Below are positions 41,215-53,300 of a DNA stretch of 64,000 bases, piece by piece. The stretch comes from Spongospora subterranea f. sp. subterranea (taxonomy: Eukaryota): positions 62,001 through 126,000 of the forward strand of contig JAUGWO010000113.1 in NCBI GenBank assembly GCA_049724395.1, given 5' to 3'. Positions within the stretch are counted from its first letter, which is position 1. Every line of letters starts with the position of its first letter. The notes beneath the pieces were generated by a model. It saw only the letters and a list, made by a program, of their open reading frames with translations. It was not told the origin of the DNA and made no database searches. Made by a program: the position numbers and the translations under genes.

Positions 41215-42514
41215 ATGGCAACTATTGTTAGTGTGCACCCCCCCGAATCGGAAACCCAAGATGGGCTCAGCGTTTCTCCTCCGACCCGAACGCTAAGCGG
41301 TTTGGCCCACGCCCAGATCGCCATGTTCGTGGCGCTATATATCATGTTGATCGCATCCAACTTGAAATGGATCTGGGCGTTTCCTCTGTATATATCGCCG
41401 GTCCCGATGCTGCTCTTCCTCAGTAGGCGGCAGCAGCAATTTATCGGCTCCAGCGATATCGTGACACGATTTACGCTGGGGTTCTGCTGTGGGCCGCTCA
41501 TCTTCTTCCTTTCCGTCCTCATCATATATACGTTCGTGGACGTCCTAGATAGAAATTCGTCTAACATTCCTCCTATATCTTTGATGATCATCGTGTTCAC
41601 ATTCTTGGTCTCGTTTGAAGAATACTTCAAATTTCTTGGTACCCTAGCAATGTTTGCCTGCCGAAGTCCTCCGACTGATCGTGCCAAATTGTCGACAGCT
41701 ATTCGATCGGGGTTTCGTCGCTGCATTGAACTCGATCGTGCTCAAACGATGTGCGAGATTCGATCCGGTTTGTTCACCTCGGCGTCGTTGAGTTCCGGGT
41801 ACGCTACCGTCGTAGGTCGGTGTTATAGCAACACCCATCCCATCACCCATTCAATTGGTTTGTGCATATTGCACTGCCGTGCGTTGCACCACGTTAATAC
41901 CACTATGGACGGCACGCCTCGCCTGTTTCCAAACCCATGTTCAAATGCAAATCCCGCAATTGGCACCAATTATTCTGTGTAAACGACAAATCTCGCGGTT
42001 TTCAACAACACGACACAGTAACACAACCGTGTTCCACTTGATGATATGGCAGGATTATGTTTCCTATGTTGGTTTCCGTAACGGTATCGCCAGATGATCG
42101 TCATTGCCAACGCTAACGTTCACGTCTGGTATAGCGTTCATCGTCAACCTGATCTTTTTCATCAATCTGACGTGGGGCACAAACCTGGCCTGGATCATAT
42201 ACGTGCTCTTGCTCTATGTCCCCATCCATGTACTATCCGGTATGTTTATGGGGATCGGATTCGGGCGTCAGTTCGTCCTCAATCTTGCCAACGCCTTCCC
42301 GTTCTATTTGCTGGTCCCGATCGGGGTCCGTGTTCTGCATCTGTTCCTAACGTATCTGATTCTCGTGTCATCTGACGACGGCTCTGGCGTGTTGCTTGCG
42401 TTCGTGTTCGCTATCAGCGTGCTGGCTCTGTCATATTACACTATAAGGCGAATGGCGATGGCGTTGCCAGAAACGTTTAGAGAGGACGCAGGCTATTTCC
42501 AACTTCTCATCTAG
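41215..42514 (+). CDS. PrsW-family intramembrane glutamic protease-like protein
   Basis: Multiple TM helices with FEEYFKF (EExxK), GYATV and VPIHVLSGMFMG motifs. Intron or indel between the two ORFs is unresolved. Confidence 0.65.
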
Positions 42515-42609
42515 AAATTGTTCCCATCATAAAAAGGACTCTGATCACAGGTTTCTACTGTATTGAATGGCGTTTTGAACAACACAAAGCAAATATAGCG
42601 ATATGGGAG

Positions 42610-43116
42610 TACACTCTAATGCATCATCGCCCTTCCAGGTAAGTCTGCTAACTTGGTACAGTAATCTTGTGTATGGCATCAAAGTTGGCCCATGCATATT
42701 GGTCGCTATCCAGTTTTGCTCCATGACTCCTGGGACCCGTTGCTTATTTTGTTCTGTAAATTACTTAATGGAGGAACCCACGCTGCAGATCATGGGTGCT
42801 TAATTTCTGTAAAGTCGCAACAAGCGAACACATCGGCGGTGTTCCGTTTTAGAATTGTAGAAAGTTGAATGATTTGATGGGCATGCACTAGTGCAGTTGG
42901 AAAATTTGATACGTAACACTTGTTTTTTAATTCATCTGGCTGACCGACACAACAGCGCCCGTTTGACCTGGAGTACATTGCGGTTGGAAGATTCAAGATT
43001 GAAATGAAGACTGCCAAAAAAACCGGCCATGATTCACAAGTGGGCAGGCATTTCTGCGTTGAAATCGGATCACGGTCACTGTGAACATGCAGGGAATTTC
43101 CGAGTCGATGAAACAA
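42610..43116 (-). mobile_element. Decayed CACTA/EnSpm-like transposase remnant
   Basis: LHVHSDRDP...ESWPVFL...ILNLP and downstream LADLPGRAMM resemble the DG..SxWP..NLP..DLPAR motif order of this superfamily. Confidence 0.45.
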
Positions 43117-43560
43117 AACATGCCATCCGACACAGCGTAGAACTCAACGTCGGAACATCGACAAACGGTCTGGACGAAACTGAACATGGAATAACTAGGG
43201 ATCAAAATCACAATGTTCAACAATTGTGGTAGAGCATGAAGTTGATAACTCTTGGGCATTTACTATATGACATTGAGGATCGGTTTTTTTTGGCGGTATT
43301 CCATGGTTCAGGACCAGGAACCGCAGAAATCATATTTTTACCGGGGCGTTCTCTTCCAAGAAAAAGTCGAAATTAGTCAAGGCAACCGACCTCTTCACCG
43401 ACCTCATCATCAACGATTGAGCATGACTATGGCCAGAAATAAAAGGCGATAATTTGTGTTCTCATGGTCGTGATGGATGTTGGAAGAAGTCCAGCCTGCT
43501 AAGGACTGAATAAAGCACCTGCTTGATCAAACTGTTTGAAGCGCAAAGTTAACATATCAA

Positions 43561-43632
43561 GCCTCTATAGCACAGTGGCAGTGCATTCGCTTTGTAAGCG
43601 AAAGGCCGCAGGTTCGATCCCTGCTGGAGGCA
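43561..43632 (+). tRNA. tRNA-Thr(UGU)
   Basis: GCCTCTATAGCACAGTGGCAGTGCATTCGCTTTGTAAGCGAAAGGCCGCAGGTTCGATCCCTGCTGGAGGCA; complete cloverleaf. Confidence 0.97.
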
Positions 43633-43635
43633 TCG

Positions 43636-43651
43636 TTTTTCCACGTTTTTT
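43636..43651 (+). terminator. Pol III terminator T-runs
   Basis: T5 at 43636-43640 and T6 at 43646-43651 directly after the tRNA. Confidence 0.8.
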
Positions 43652-43898
43652 GAGTTTTTGTCAAAAAAGTCAAGGCTAGTTTGCTTTAATTTCCTTGGTC
43701 GTCGAACAGAGAATCGTGCGATCGAATGTTGTCGACTATAGCGTACTATATGGGCTTCGTATGCAGTTTCTTCTCAAGCGCACGATCCTCTTCGGTTTCG
43801 CTAAATTCAAATCCACTCATGAAATAGATTGACCTTTCTGAGGAATACACTCGCATTGACAATGTCAGCCCTGGATAAAGTCATTACGGAAAGCGACA

Positions 43899-44120
43899 TC
43901 CATGGGACGGAATTGTCGTCCTCGGGCACAGGAGATGAAACAACGTATCTGGGTGGAACAAGCGTGTTATGGCAGACACGTTGGCGAAATGCATTACGAG
44001 GAAGATATTATTCCCCAAGGAATAGTATCTTGTGGTGACGTATCTGCCATAACACGCTTGTTCCAACCAATATACGTTGTTCCGCTCCTCTGCCCAAACA
44101 CGGAACTTCCGTCCCATGGA
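43899..44120 (+). repeat. Long imperfect hairpin HP1
   Basis: Arms 43899-43982 and 44037-44120, plus inner stem aagatattattcc-ccaa-ggaatagtatctt. Confidence 0.9.
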
Positions 44121-44151
44121 AAGCAGCTCGTTAATATGCTCTGACAATCAC

Positions 44152-44307
44152 CCTTCATTGGACAGATATATGGAACCGACTGCGTTGAGGCGCGCAGCTA
44201 CGATGGCAACGGCATCGGGGTCGACTGCCCCTGTGTAAAGACGACCCAACAACACACGAACGTGGTGATCATTGGCAAATCGGTTCCATATATCTGTTCA
44301 ATGAAGG
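44152..44307 (+). repeat. Hairpin HP2 (28-bp near-perfect stem, ~100-nt loop)
   Basis: ccttcattggacagatatatggaaccga (44152-44179) pairs with 44280-44307; the only difference is a G-U pair on +. Confidence 0.9.
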
Positions 44308-44472
44308 ATAACTATGAGACCATATGTCATATTCAATGAGCAAATCGCTTGTTTAACAGGGGTGGAGTCCCAGTATGCTTGTCTCGATTGTGTCGACGAA
44401 TTGACCGAGAGTGGGGATTTAGAACATATTGGCAATTCCAGCAGATTAAAATAGACGAATCAGCTATGAAAT

Positions 44473-45035
44473 TTATGGGCCCAGCACGCCACTGAATGAT
44501 GGTAAATACAGAAAGGCTGTTGGGGAACCTCCCGCCGCTTCAGAGGAACAGTGAATCTGCCAACTGAAATAGTGCACTGGAATTCGAAGCTAATGGTCTA
44601 GAAGGCTATCCAAGCCCTACTCATCATCAATTGAAGAGGTTAAACACGATAAGGTCGCCAGAGGCTATCTACAATCATTTATCGGACCTGTATACATAGG
44701 CGGTGCGCTAGACAACAAAACTACAACCACAACGTGGTGAGGGCCGCCTTGTAGCCTGGCGACACTCGCTGCGTAGTGGTAAGCTTCGTTCTTATGTAGC
44801 TTTCTTGTCAAGCGCACCGTTTAGGTATATGGGTCCGATAGATGATAGTGGATAGCCTCTGGCCACTTTATCGTATTTAACCTCTTCAGCTGATGATGCG
44901 TCGGGCTTGGATTGCCTGCTGGGCCCTAATAGCTCTGAATGCCGGCGTTCAAGTTGGCAACGTCACTGTTTCCCTGAAGCTGCGGGAGTTTCTCCTCAGC
45001 GATTACCAGTATTCAGTAGCGTGCTGGGCCTATAA
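44473..45035 (+). repeat. Long imperfect hairpin HP3 (~250-bp arms)
   Basis: 44473-44726 pairs with 44795-45035, about 80-85% by eye. Confidence 0.9.
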
Positions 45036-45719
45036 CCAATCAAATGGAACAGTGGCGTCATCTCTGGGTGCTTGAGCCGACACATATCTCGAGTTTCCCC
45101 CCAAACGGCCTCTTTTGGTCGGCTGATCACACGGTCTAAGACAATCTCTGAAGAACTGACAATTCTAATATGGTAATGTTGTTTCATTTCACCCTTTGTT
45201 GTTCTGTGTACTCTAAATTGCATTTGAGAATAGACAAAATTGGCACACGCAAATCTTACCATGAGAGTTTGAATTTTAACCTGAGGGTTCTACCCTCAAA
45301 CTTGTACTTACGCCAAATACTAGCCGTCGACGTTGTTTTTAGGTGTCAAACAACATTTATCACTGAAACATGGAAACAGGTCGTTGTTGTCAGAAATGTC
45401 GACCAGTACGAGAGGCTTCATGCGTTTCATTAATGCTCCCGGCTTTTCTGAGATGCACATTGAGATGTTATAAAATACTCCTATCCAAGATTATTGTTAT
45501 CTGGATCATTCGCAACAATTGTATGTTGACAAAGCGGAAATATGGTGGATAGACGAGGGGAAGGGCGTAAACGCGACTGTATCGGTCATCAAAACAAGGC
45601 CATGATTGATCCCCTGAAAAAAACAGTTTGTCTCTCCACTCCAACAAATGTAGTTGGCTCGTGATTCGAATAACGTTTTGCCCCGGATTAAGCGCGAGAA
45701 CGATGAACGAGCAGCATGG

Positions 45720-46220
45720 ACATACCTCAAAGTTTATTCGCAGTACATACCAACACACCTCAATGTTGATTCGCAGTACCAACACACCTCAATGTTGATT
45801 CGCAGTACCAGCACACCTCAATGTTGATTCGCAGTACCAACACACCTCAATGTTGATTCGCAGTACCAACACACCTCAATGTTGATTCGCAGTACCAACA
45901 CACCTCAATGTTGATTCGCAGTACCAACACACCTCAATGTTGATTCGCAGTACCAACACACCTCAATGTTGATTCGCAGTACCAACACACCTCAATGTTG
46001 ATTCGCAGTACCAGCACACCTCAATGTTGATTCGCAGTACCAACACACCTCAATGTTGATTCGCAGTACCAACACACCTCAATGTTGATTCGCAGTACCA
46101 ACACACCTCAATGTTGATTCGCAGTACCAGCACACCTCAATGTTGATTCGCAGTACCAACACACCTCAATGTTGATTCGCAGTACCAACACACCTCAATG
46201 TTTACTCGCAGTACCAACAC
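45720..46220. repeat. 29-bp minisatellite, about 17 copies
   Basis: Unit acacacctcaatgttgattcgcagtacca: 15 near-perfect copies from 45753 (three with an a>g variant) plus degenerate first and last copies; no spacers. Confidence 0.97.
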
Positions 46221-46480
46221 CCACGTTCTGGACTCAATTTCGTGAGGCGGCGCCCGTAACCAGCTCTATCTGTCTATCAGCATTTCGCAGTCAGATTCCA
46301 GTCAATTTGGCCATCGACGCAACCCGTGTTCCACTCATGGACATGGTACACCAGTAACACCACGCACGGTGTAACACACGGAATTACCCAACTACAGTAC
46401 GCACTTTTGCCCTGTCTGTGATTTCTGCAAAGTTCCGTCAAACTTTGACGTCTCTGATCAATGCGTGATTTATTGGCGAG

Positions 46481-48388
46481 ATGATCACACTCGTCCGGTT
46501 TCGCCAGCTCAGATACCTGCCCGTTCGCTCTATCCATGTCTGCGTTGTGGGCAGCGGCCCGTCGGCCATGTATACTGCCAAATATCTATTACGCGATTCT
46601 CCGGATGCCAACATTGACATGTAAACCTTACGGACCCTAGCATTGGCTGTTGGATTCCGAACTTGTTGTCGTAGCATTGAGCGCTTACCGACTCCGTTCG
46701 GCTTAGTCCGAAGTGGCGTCGCCCCCGACCATCCCGAAACCAAGAATGTGACGACCGATTTTCAAGCGGTTCTGGAAAATGATCGATGCAACTTTTTTGG
46801 AAATGTGGAAATTGATCGTGAAGTGTCGGTTCCCCAATTGCTGGCGGCCTATGATGCAGTTGTCGTAGCGTCTGGAGCAGGTATTTTAATGGGTCAATCA
46901 ACGTCTCCCGTTAATTATTGGAGATGTTATTGGGGATGTAGGAGCGAACCGTCCGCTGAACATTCCGGGGGAGCACCTGGCCAATTCTGTCTCTGCCCTG
47001 GCGTTCGTGAATTGGTACAATGGGCACCCAGACCATATTGACGATCAGTATAACCTTCGCGTATCTGATGCCGTAATAATTGGGAATGGTAGCGTGCTTT
47101 TGTTGCTGATTCCCGCTGGTGGCTTACCTGAGCGATCGCAGGAAATGTTGCCATTGATATAGCTAGAATTTTAAGCTCTGACGAAGAAAATTTGAAACGT
47201 ACCGATATAGCGGACTACGCGACGGCCGCACTACAAAGCAGCGAAATCGAGCGTGTCCACGTTGTTGCAAGAAGAGGTGCCCCCCAGGTAGAGCTGATTG
47301 CCGTCGAATTTGGTTTCTGCTGTTAATGCTGCCGTCAGGCGTCGTTCACAAGCAAAATGGTTCGCGAACTAATATCTCGAAAATCTCTGACAACATTTGG
47401 TATCGATGCGATCTTAAAATCGCTACAATAATGTCCGACGATCTTGTGCATTCAGTAAATCCTAATGATCTGGATAAATCGCTCATGACGGCTGCGAGCC
47501 GCGAAGAATGCGATACAAGAGTCGTTCTCCGTAAGATGCAGGTGTGTCATGTTCTCAATTGACATCGACTGTTTCACTCGTTTAGTCTTTTCTTGAGTTA
47601 GGTTCTGCGACAAGCTCAATCCGCGGCCCCCGATTGCCACCACCCAGGATTGTATCTGCGATTTCTCCTGAATCCTGTGGAGATTATACCTGATGCTAAT
47701 AACCCAAGGGTCGTTGGCGGCGTCGCGTTCGAAAGGACTAGGCTTGAAGGCAAACCTGGATCGCAGGCATGTGAAATTCGAATTTCTTCGTAAATGTACC
47801 TAAACATGGTGTAACTTGATCAGTTCGCTGTGCCAACTGGCGAATTTGAAATAATTAAGGCTGGTCTTGTTGTTCGCAGTGTTGGATACACGTACTAGCT
47901 GTGCTACATATCAAAGCGCGTTGATTAACGTTCTGCTATGGTACAGATCACTGCCGTTTCAAGGATTGCCATTTGATACTGCACGTGGAGTCATTCCAAA
48001 TCGTGACGGTCGTGTCATACTGCCAAACGGAGAAATCCTCAACGGTGCTTACGTTGTCGGATGGGCTAAACGTGGGGCAACCGGTAGGTAGACTCGGTTT
48101 TGCATGAACGTTTGATGTTCAGTACGCTCAGGGATAATCGCCTCAAATATCGCTGATGCACAGCAAGCTGTCGATGAAATTTTGGTGGATATTCCCAAGG
48201 CAACGGCGACGGATGCGGATCGCAAGCTTTTGTGGAAAAAAGTAACGGACTTGGGGACGGTAATCGTTGACAAGCATATGTGGAGAAGGATCAACGAATA
48301 CGAGGAAGCTCGAGGGAAGGAGCTCGGCAAGCCGAGAGTAAAATTGACCGCTAGAGAAGAATTAATCATCGCTGCATCTACAAGATAA
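46481..48388 (+). CDS. FDXR: NADPH:adrenodoxin oxidoreductase (mitochondrial ferredoxin reductase), multi-exon
   Basis: [12 protein letters not shown]...[25 protein letters not shown]...FVNWYNGHP...[13 protein letters not shown]...[14 protein letters not shown]...GKPRVKL. Confidence 0.95.
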
Positions 48389-48739
48389 AATTTCCAGCTA
48401 TTTTTTTTTTGCCAACGAGAATCTCAAACTGATCTTTGATGTCGCGACTTATCTGCGATTACTGTCTGTGTCAGAGTGTTGGACGGTGCTGTCCTGATGT
48501 CGATGACGTGATGTTGCATTGCAGCGTGACGTGTTCCGTGTCCGCGGTCCGTGGGCGATGCCCGTTATGGGGTTGACCGTTTGACGGGGTCGGTACGTGA
48601 CCATAGTGACTACGTCGTTACCATCATTGACGTTACACGCGAGTACCATTGGACCTGTTGAAATAACGGTGACCGCTCAACCTCTCCTCATTTCGTTATT
48701 GTGAAGGGACGGGAGCGGGTTCGGGAGGACATCGGGCCG

Positions 48740-50241
48740 ATGATCATGGAGCAAGAACACCTGGCCGACGGCCGCGAACAAGATAGCGACGCGTCGACTC
48801 CGTCGTCGGCCATGTCGGATCCGATTGAGACCGAGATCATGCTGGCGGACCCGGCCGGCAATCAGTATATCAGAAAAACGGTGCAGGCCATCAATGCCAG
48901 TGCTGCAGATCTTATCCATACCAGCAGTATGTGGCTCATCATTGCCTCCATTTTTTGGTTTCTTTGTATCAAACGGCCATCGATCCATTAGGTGTGGCTA
49001 CGTTCACGTTCTCCTCTGTGGGTCGATTAGTGGAACCGGTGCTACAATATGCTGATCCAATATTAACCAGTATTGACGATCGCATCGACAATCTTGTACA
49101 TGCCATCAGGCAAATCAAAGTACGTACATACTTCAATTTATGCTGTTTTTTGTCTGAAATCCAGTAAAGGTGGGAAATCAAAATGAAGGCGCATTAGTAT
49201 CAGAGACACATTTTTGGACGGGATTGAAGCAGACATTCATGTCGTCTGCCTGGTTTAGCAAAGTCGAAAGCATTCTTTCATCATCCGCCGCTGAGAATTT
49301 TTATAATACCGCCATTGAATGCTACTTTGATCACGAAACGGAGACATGTGATCAGTTTTTGCTGGCGTTAAAGCTTCGGCTTGATAGCACTTGGGATGAT
49401 CGCTTGACGCAGCCGGTCAAGGTGTTTTACGCAACGGCTAGGACAGCTACCGCTCTTGTAGGCGTTGGCCGCTTCTTCCGTGGTGCTATCGGTCTTGGAA
49501 AATCTAAAATTAATACTGCCATTACACAGTTTATTGGTATGTGAGGGGCTAGAATTTCACCATTTTTCGTCTCATTCTCTTCATAGACACGTGGGAGCGG
49601 ATAATTGGCGGTGCCGCAGAAAATGATGATAGGCATGTTCCTGAGACGGTTGATCAATCAGGTGATGGCGTAATTAGCGGGACCGGAGGTAACGATCCGG
49701 TGGCGATATCGAGCGATGAAAACGACCATCGGGATCCGGACGGTAAATATCATCAATTTGCTGCCTGAAATTAATTAATCGTCCTGGTCTAGATTCCATA
49801 TTTGGTCTAAACAAAAAGCGCAGTGGTACAGGGTCGGCAAATCCCGCTCTACGAAGAGTTAGGCAAAGACGCTCTATATGCCCAAATTTAAGGAATCAAT
49901 TGAATCAGGATGAATGGTTCACTCAAGTTGACGCAATCTTTCAGAGAGTGAGCAGTGTCCAAACCATGGTTTTCACTTGTTTGATTCATATTTCCGCTTA
50001 GAATATTATGGTCCAATCATTGGGGAACAGGACTAATCCTGCTGAGCACTTATACGACACTGTTGGTCTTTGACGTCTATAGGTTACCGTTTTCTAAGAG
50101 TATTTCCAGGCTTCTCGGTTGTTTTTCACTGTCTCAGAAATTGATGCCTTTGTTGATGCTCTACAAACATCATTAGGCGCTGTATGGGGCCCGGATCTCG
50201 TTGATCCTGCGCGCCATTTTTACCAATGTGCTGCCCTTTGA
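48740..50241 (+). CDS. Hypothetical multi-exon protein with an internally duplicated helical domain
   Basis: GT-AG exons. Repeat 1 SAWFSKVESIL..AENFYNT..FLLALKLRLDSTWDDRLTQPVKVFY; repeat 2 DEWFTQVDAIF..AEHLYDT..FVDALQTSLGAVWGPDLVDPARHFY. Confidence 0.65.
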
Positions 50242-50391
50242 CATGTTCTTTGATTTTACATCTTAAGCTATCTATTATATATAAATAATCTGATTCACTA
50301 CAATCGATAGGCTCTGGCGTAAATTCGAGTCAATAAATTTGCTCAGGGTATACTTTTCAAACCGGATTAACCGACATTTTTGAATAATTGT

Positions 50392-53300
50392 TTACTGAAT
50401 GGTTGAAGCGGATTTTCTGTTTACGTGCTCAATCCACTGTCGAAGGGCATCTGCGACTACAGCAGGAAGATCAGCAGCCTTTCTAAGGATAATATAATAC
50501 GGAAACGGAAAATCTTGAAGATAATCCACAATTTGAAGCTTGTTGTTGGGATATGAAACCTAGGAAACGACTTATCACACACCTGAACTTGCGGCAATCA
50601 TTTGTCTCATACCATTTTCATATTTAAAATACTGTTTGGACCATCCGGTGCAGAATCAATGATAAGTAGGACGATGAATTGACCATTGGCCGCCGCACGG
50701 CGAAGTTGCCTTGCGATATCAGGTCGATCCTAGACAGTTCAATGTCAGACTTTTTCAATGAACTAAAGATAATAAATAAGTCACCTGCTGAACGCGTGCA
50801 TCGGAAATGATAAACATAAGCTGGTTGTTTGAAAAAGATGCCATGGTTGACTGACGAGCATCGTCGAACAGACAAAGACCCAGTTCCAGGACATCAGCGA
50901 ACTTCGTTGATGTCTGGTCGAACTTGAATTTAGACAACACATCGGGCCCAGCACTGTTGGAAAACGACGACGAAAGAACGGTCGCTGTTTCACCGAATTT
51001 CAGCACAGAAAGATTACCAGAGTCAAGACGAGTGATGGCATTAGCTAGCGTCGCCATTGCTTGCAGAGCGAGTTTGCCAGCGCCAGCATCGCGCATCGAT
51101 AATGAATCGTCGATTGCAATTCCGATATCATATGCTCTTTTAGTTAACCGGCAACGGCGTAACCAAATTCGATCTTGCCTATAAGACGACGCTATGTATG
51201 CTATCAGACGACGAATTGATAAACGTTTGCCTGATCACAAGATAAACATGAGATATCTGATATACCCAGAAGAATGATAGAAAGAAACTACCAGTCCGGA
51301 ATGCACCACCAAGACTTGACGCTATTTGAGGCTGTAAAATTATACGCAGCTGTTCACAGAGAGCCGATGATAAATCCGATGTGGCACTAGAGAGTTCAGC
51401 CCACTGTAATTCGTTTACAGACTCAGTATCAACCGATACTGTCTGAACGATACTGGGCATATTATCAATAGCGGCGTCTGCAATGTCAACTTCACAGCTG
51501 GCGGTGTCTTGAGTTGTCATGGCAACAGACGAATTAGGCAATAAGGCATCGTCAATATCCATTGCAGCCTATTTTTCAACATAAACATACGAGATCTGTG
51601 CTTCAGGCAAAAGTTACCATGTCATTTAGGACAGGGGGGCAATCCACAACTGGCTCGTGCGCTGGCATGGATTTCCGCTGCTCACGTTGGCTTCGCCGAT
51701 TACTGGGGCTAAACTTATCGCTTTCCGGAGTCTTTTCAGGGTGATCGTTGTCGGCAGGATTTTCAGTGGGAACGGCATCATCTTCAACAAGATTTGGCTC
51801 ATGTGCATCATCATCATCGTCCTTTTCTTCAACTCCTCCGTCAACAGCTGTAGTGACAGGGGCAACCGCTTCACCATCGCATTCCATGTCGTCATTCTGA
51901 TTGAGACAAGTAAAGATAAAATGATGTACCAAAACGAATCTTTACTGACCACATGTTCAACTAAATCCCCCAGTTGATCACGACCTTCTTCTATTGTTTC
52001 TGAATTCTGCTGAGTCTGTTCGAGTATCTCCAGTCTACGTTGCCAATGCTGCTGAGCGTCGGCAATACTGCGCAGAGGATTGTTCTGTTGATTCGCCGGT
52101 TTTTGTTTGTGGGCTTGTGCTTCATCCTCAACTGAAAACACCATTATGAAGATATAAAATTGCACAAATAATGTGCTTACATTGTGGCTGCATTGGACGA
52201 ACATCTGCGTTCGATTCATTAGCGTTGCCAACAGTGTTTTGTCCTTGTTTTCCGTCGCTCATCTGCCCCATTGCCTCCAGAGTCCTGGACAATGATAGGT
52301 CAATCTCTACAAACCGAATGGCAAATTGAAATGAATACGTCGCCGTCAATGCTATCCGAATTGCCTTTGCGCTCAGGAATGTCAACACTGATAGCTTCAG
52401 CAGAAGCAATATCGTGATTATTGTTTTCAATACCGTCCTTTTCTGCTTCATCGTTTTCTTGATCCAAGTTCTCTTCTACTTGACCGGCTACTTCCTATTA
52501 ATTGCATTGCGCGATTCAACTCATGTCGCGTAATAGTCGGCTGAATTAGCGTACCGCTTCTTCAACGTCATGGCCAGGCTCATGAACCATATCTTCAGCA
52601 TCCGCACAGGGAGGAGGCATCTCGCCATCAACCCCATCTTCACTATTCGGGCCAGTCTCGGACTGGTCGTCGCAGTCGAAGTCCTCCCCGTCGTCCATAT
52701 CTCCTTCATCGCTTCCTGACGCATATTCGTCAATTTTATCTTCACCGCCGTCTTCGTTGTCGTCTAGATTGATTTCTTCAGGTAACTGGAGATCGATACC
52801 CTGATTATCTTCGAACCGCTCCTAAACCATAACCCATTAGTACATTCAACAATAGGGTTAAAATTTACCATACGTCGTCAGGTAGGCAATTATAATTCTC
52901 ATTTTCAGGTTCTTCTTCCATTTCATCAAAAGTGTTTTTGTCGTCCTTGTCTACTTTTTGCTTGTCATCCCGGTCCCTATCCATTCAAGAGTTGGAATGC
53001 CAGGCTTATATAAATGTTGACAAATGCTTTCTTACTTAGGTTGTGAATCCTGTGATTTCTGCTCGTTCTCTTCGCTGTCCGATTGATCATTTTCTTTGGC
53101 AGCGATATCAACCTCATCAGGTCGACCAGATATCTCAGCATCCTAAGAAAATCTTACTTGTTGACGCAAAACAGAAGGTCTGGCATGTACTTTTTCTGTT
53201 TGTTCATTTTGCTTATCAGTGCCCTCTTCCTCTTTATCAATTTTATCATCCCAGAGACGTTCATCAACAACGTTTTCGTTTTCTCTATCGATATCGCCCA

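Noticed and set aside
43561..45035. tRNA-hairpin Pol III dicistronic transcript
   Set aside because: Strong T5/T6 terminators immediately follow the tRNA.
45720..46220. CRISPR array
   Set aside because: Units are head-to-tail with no unique spacers, there are no cas genes, and the context is eukaryotic.
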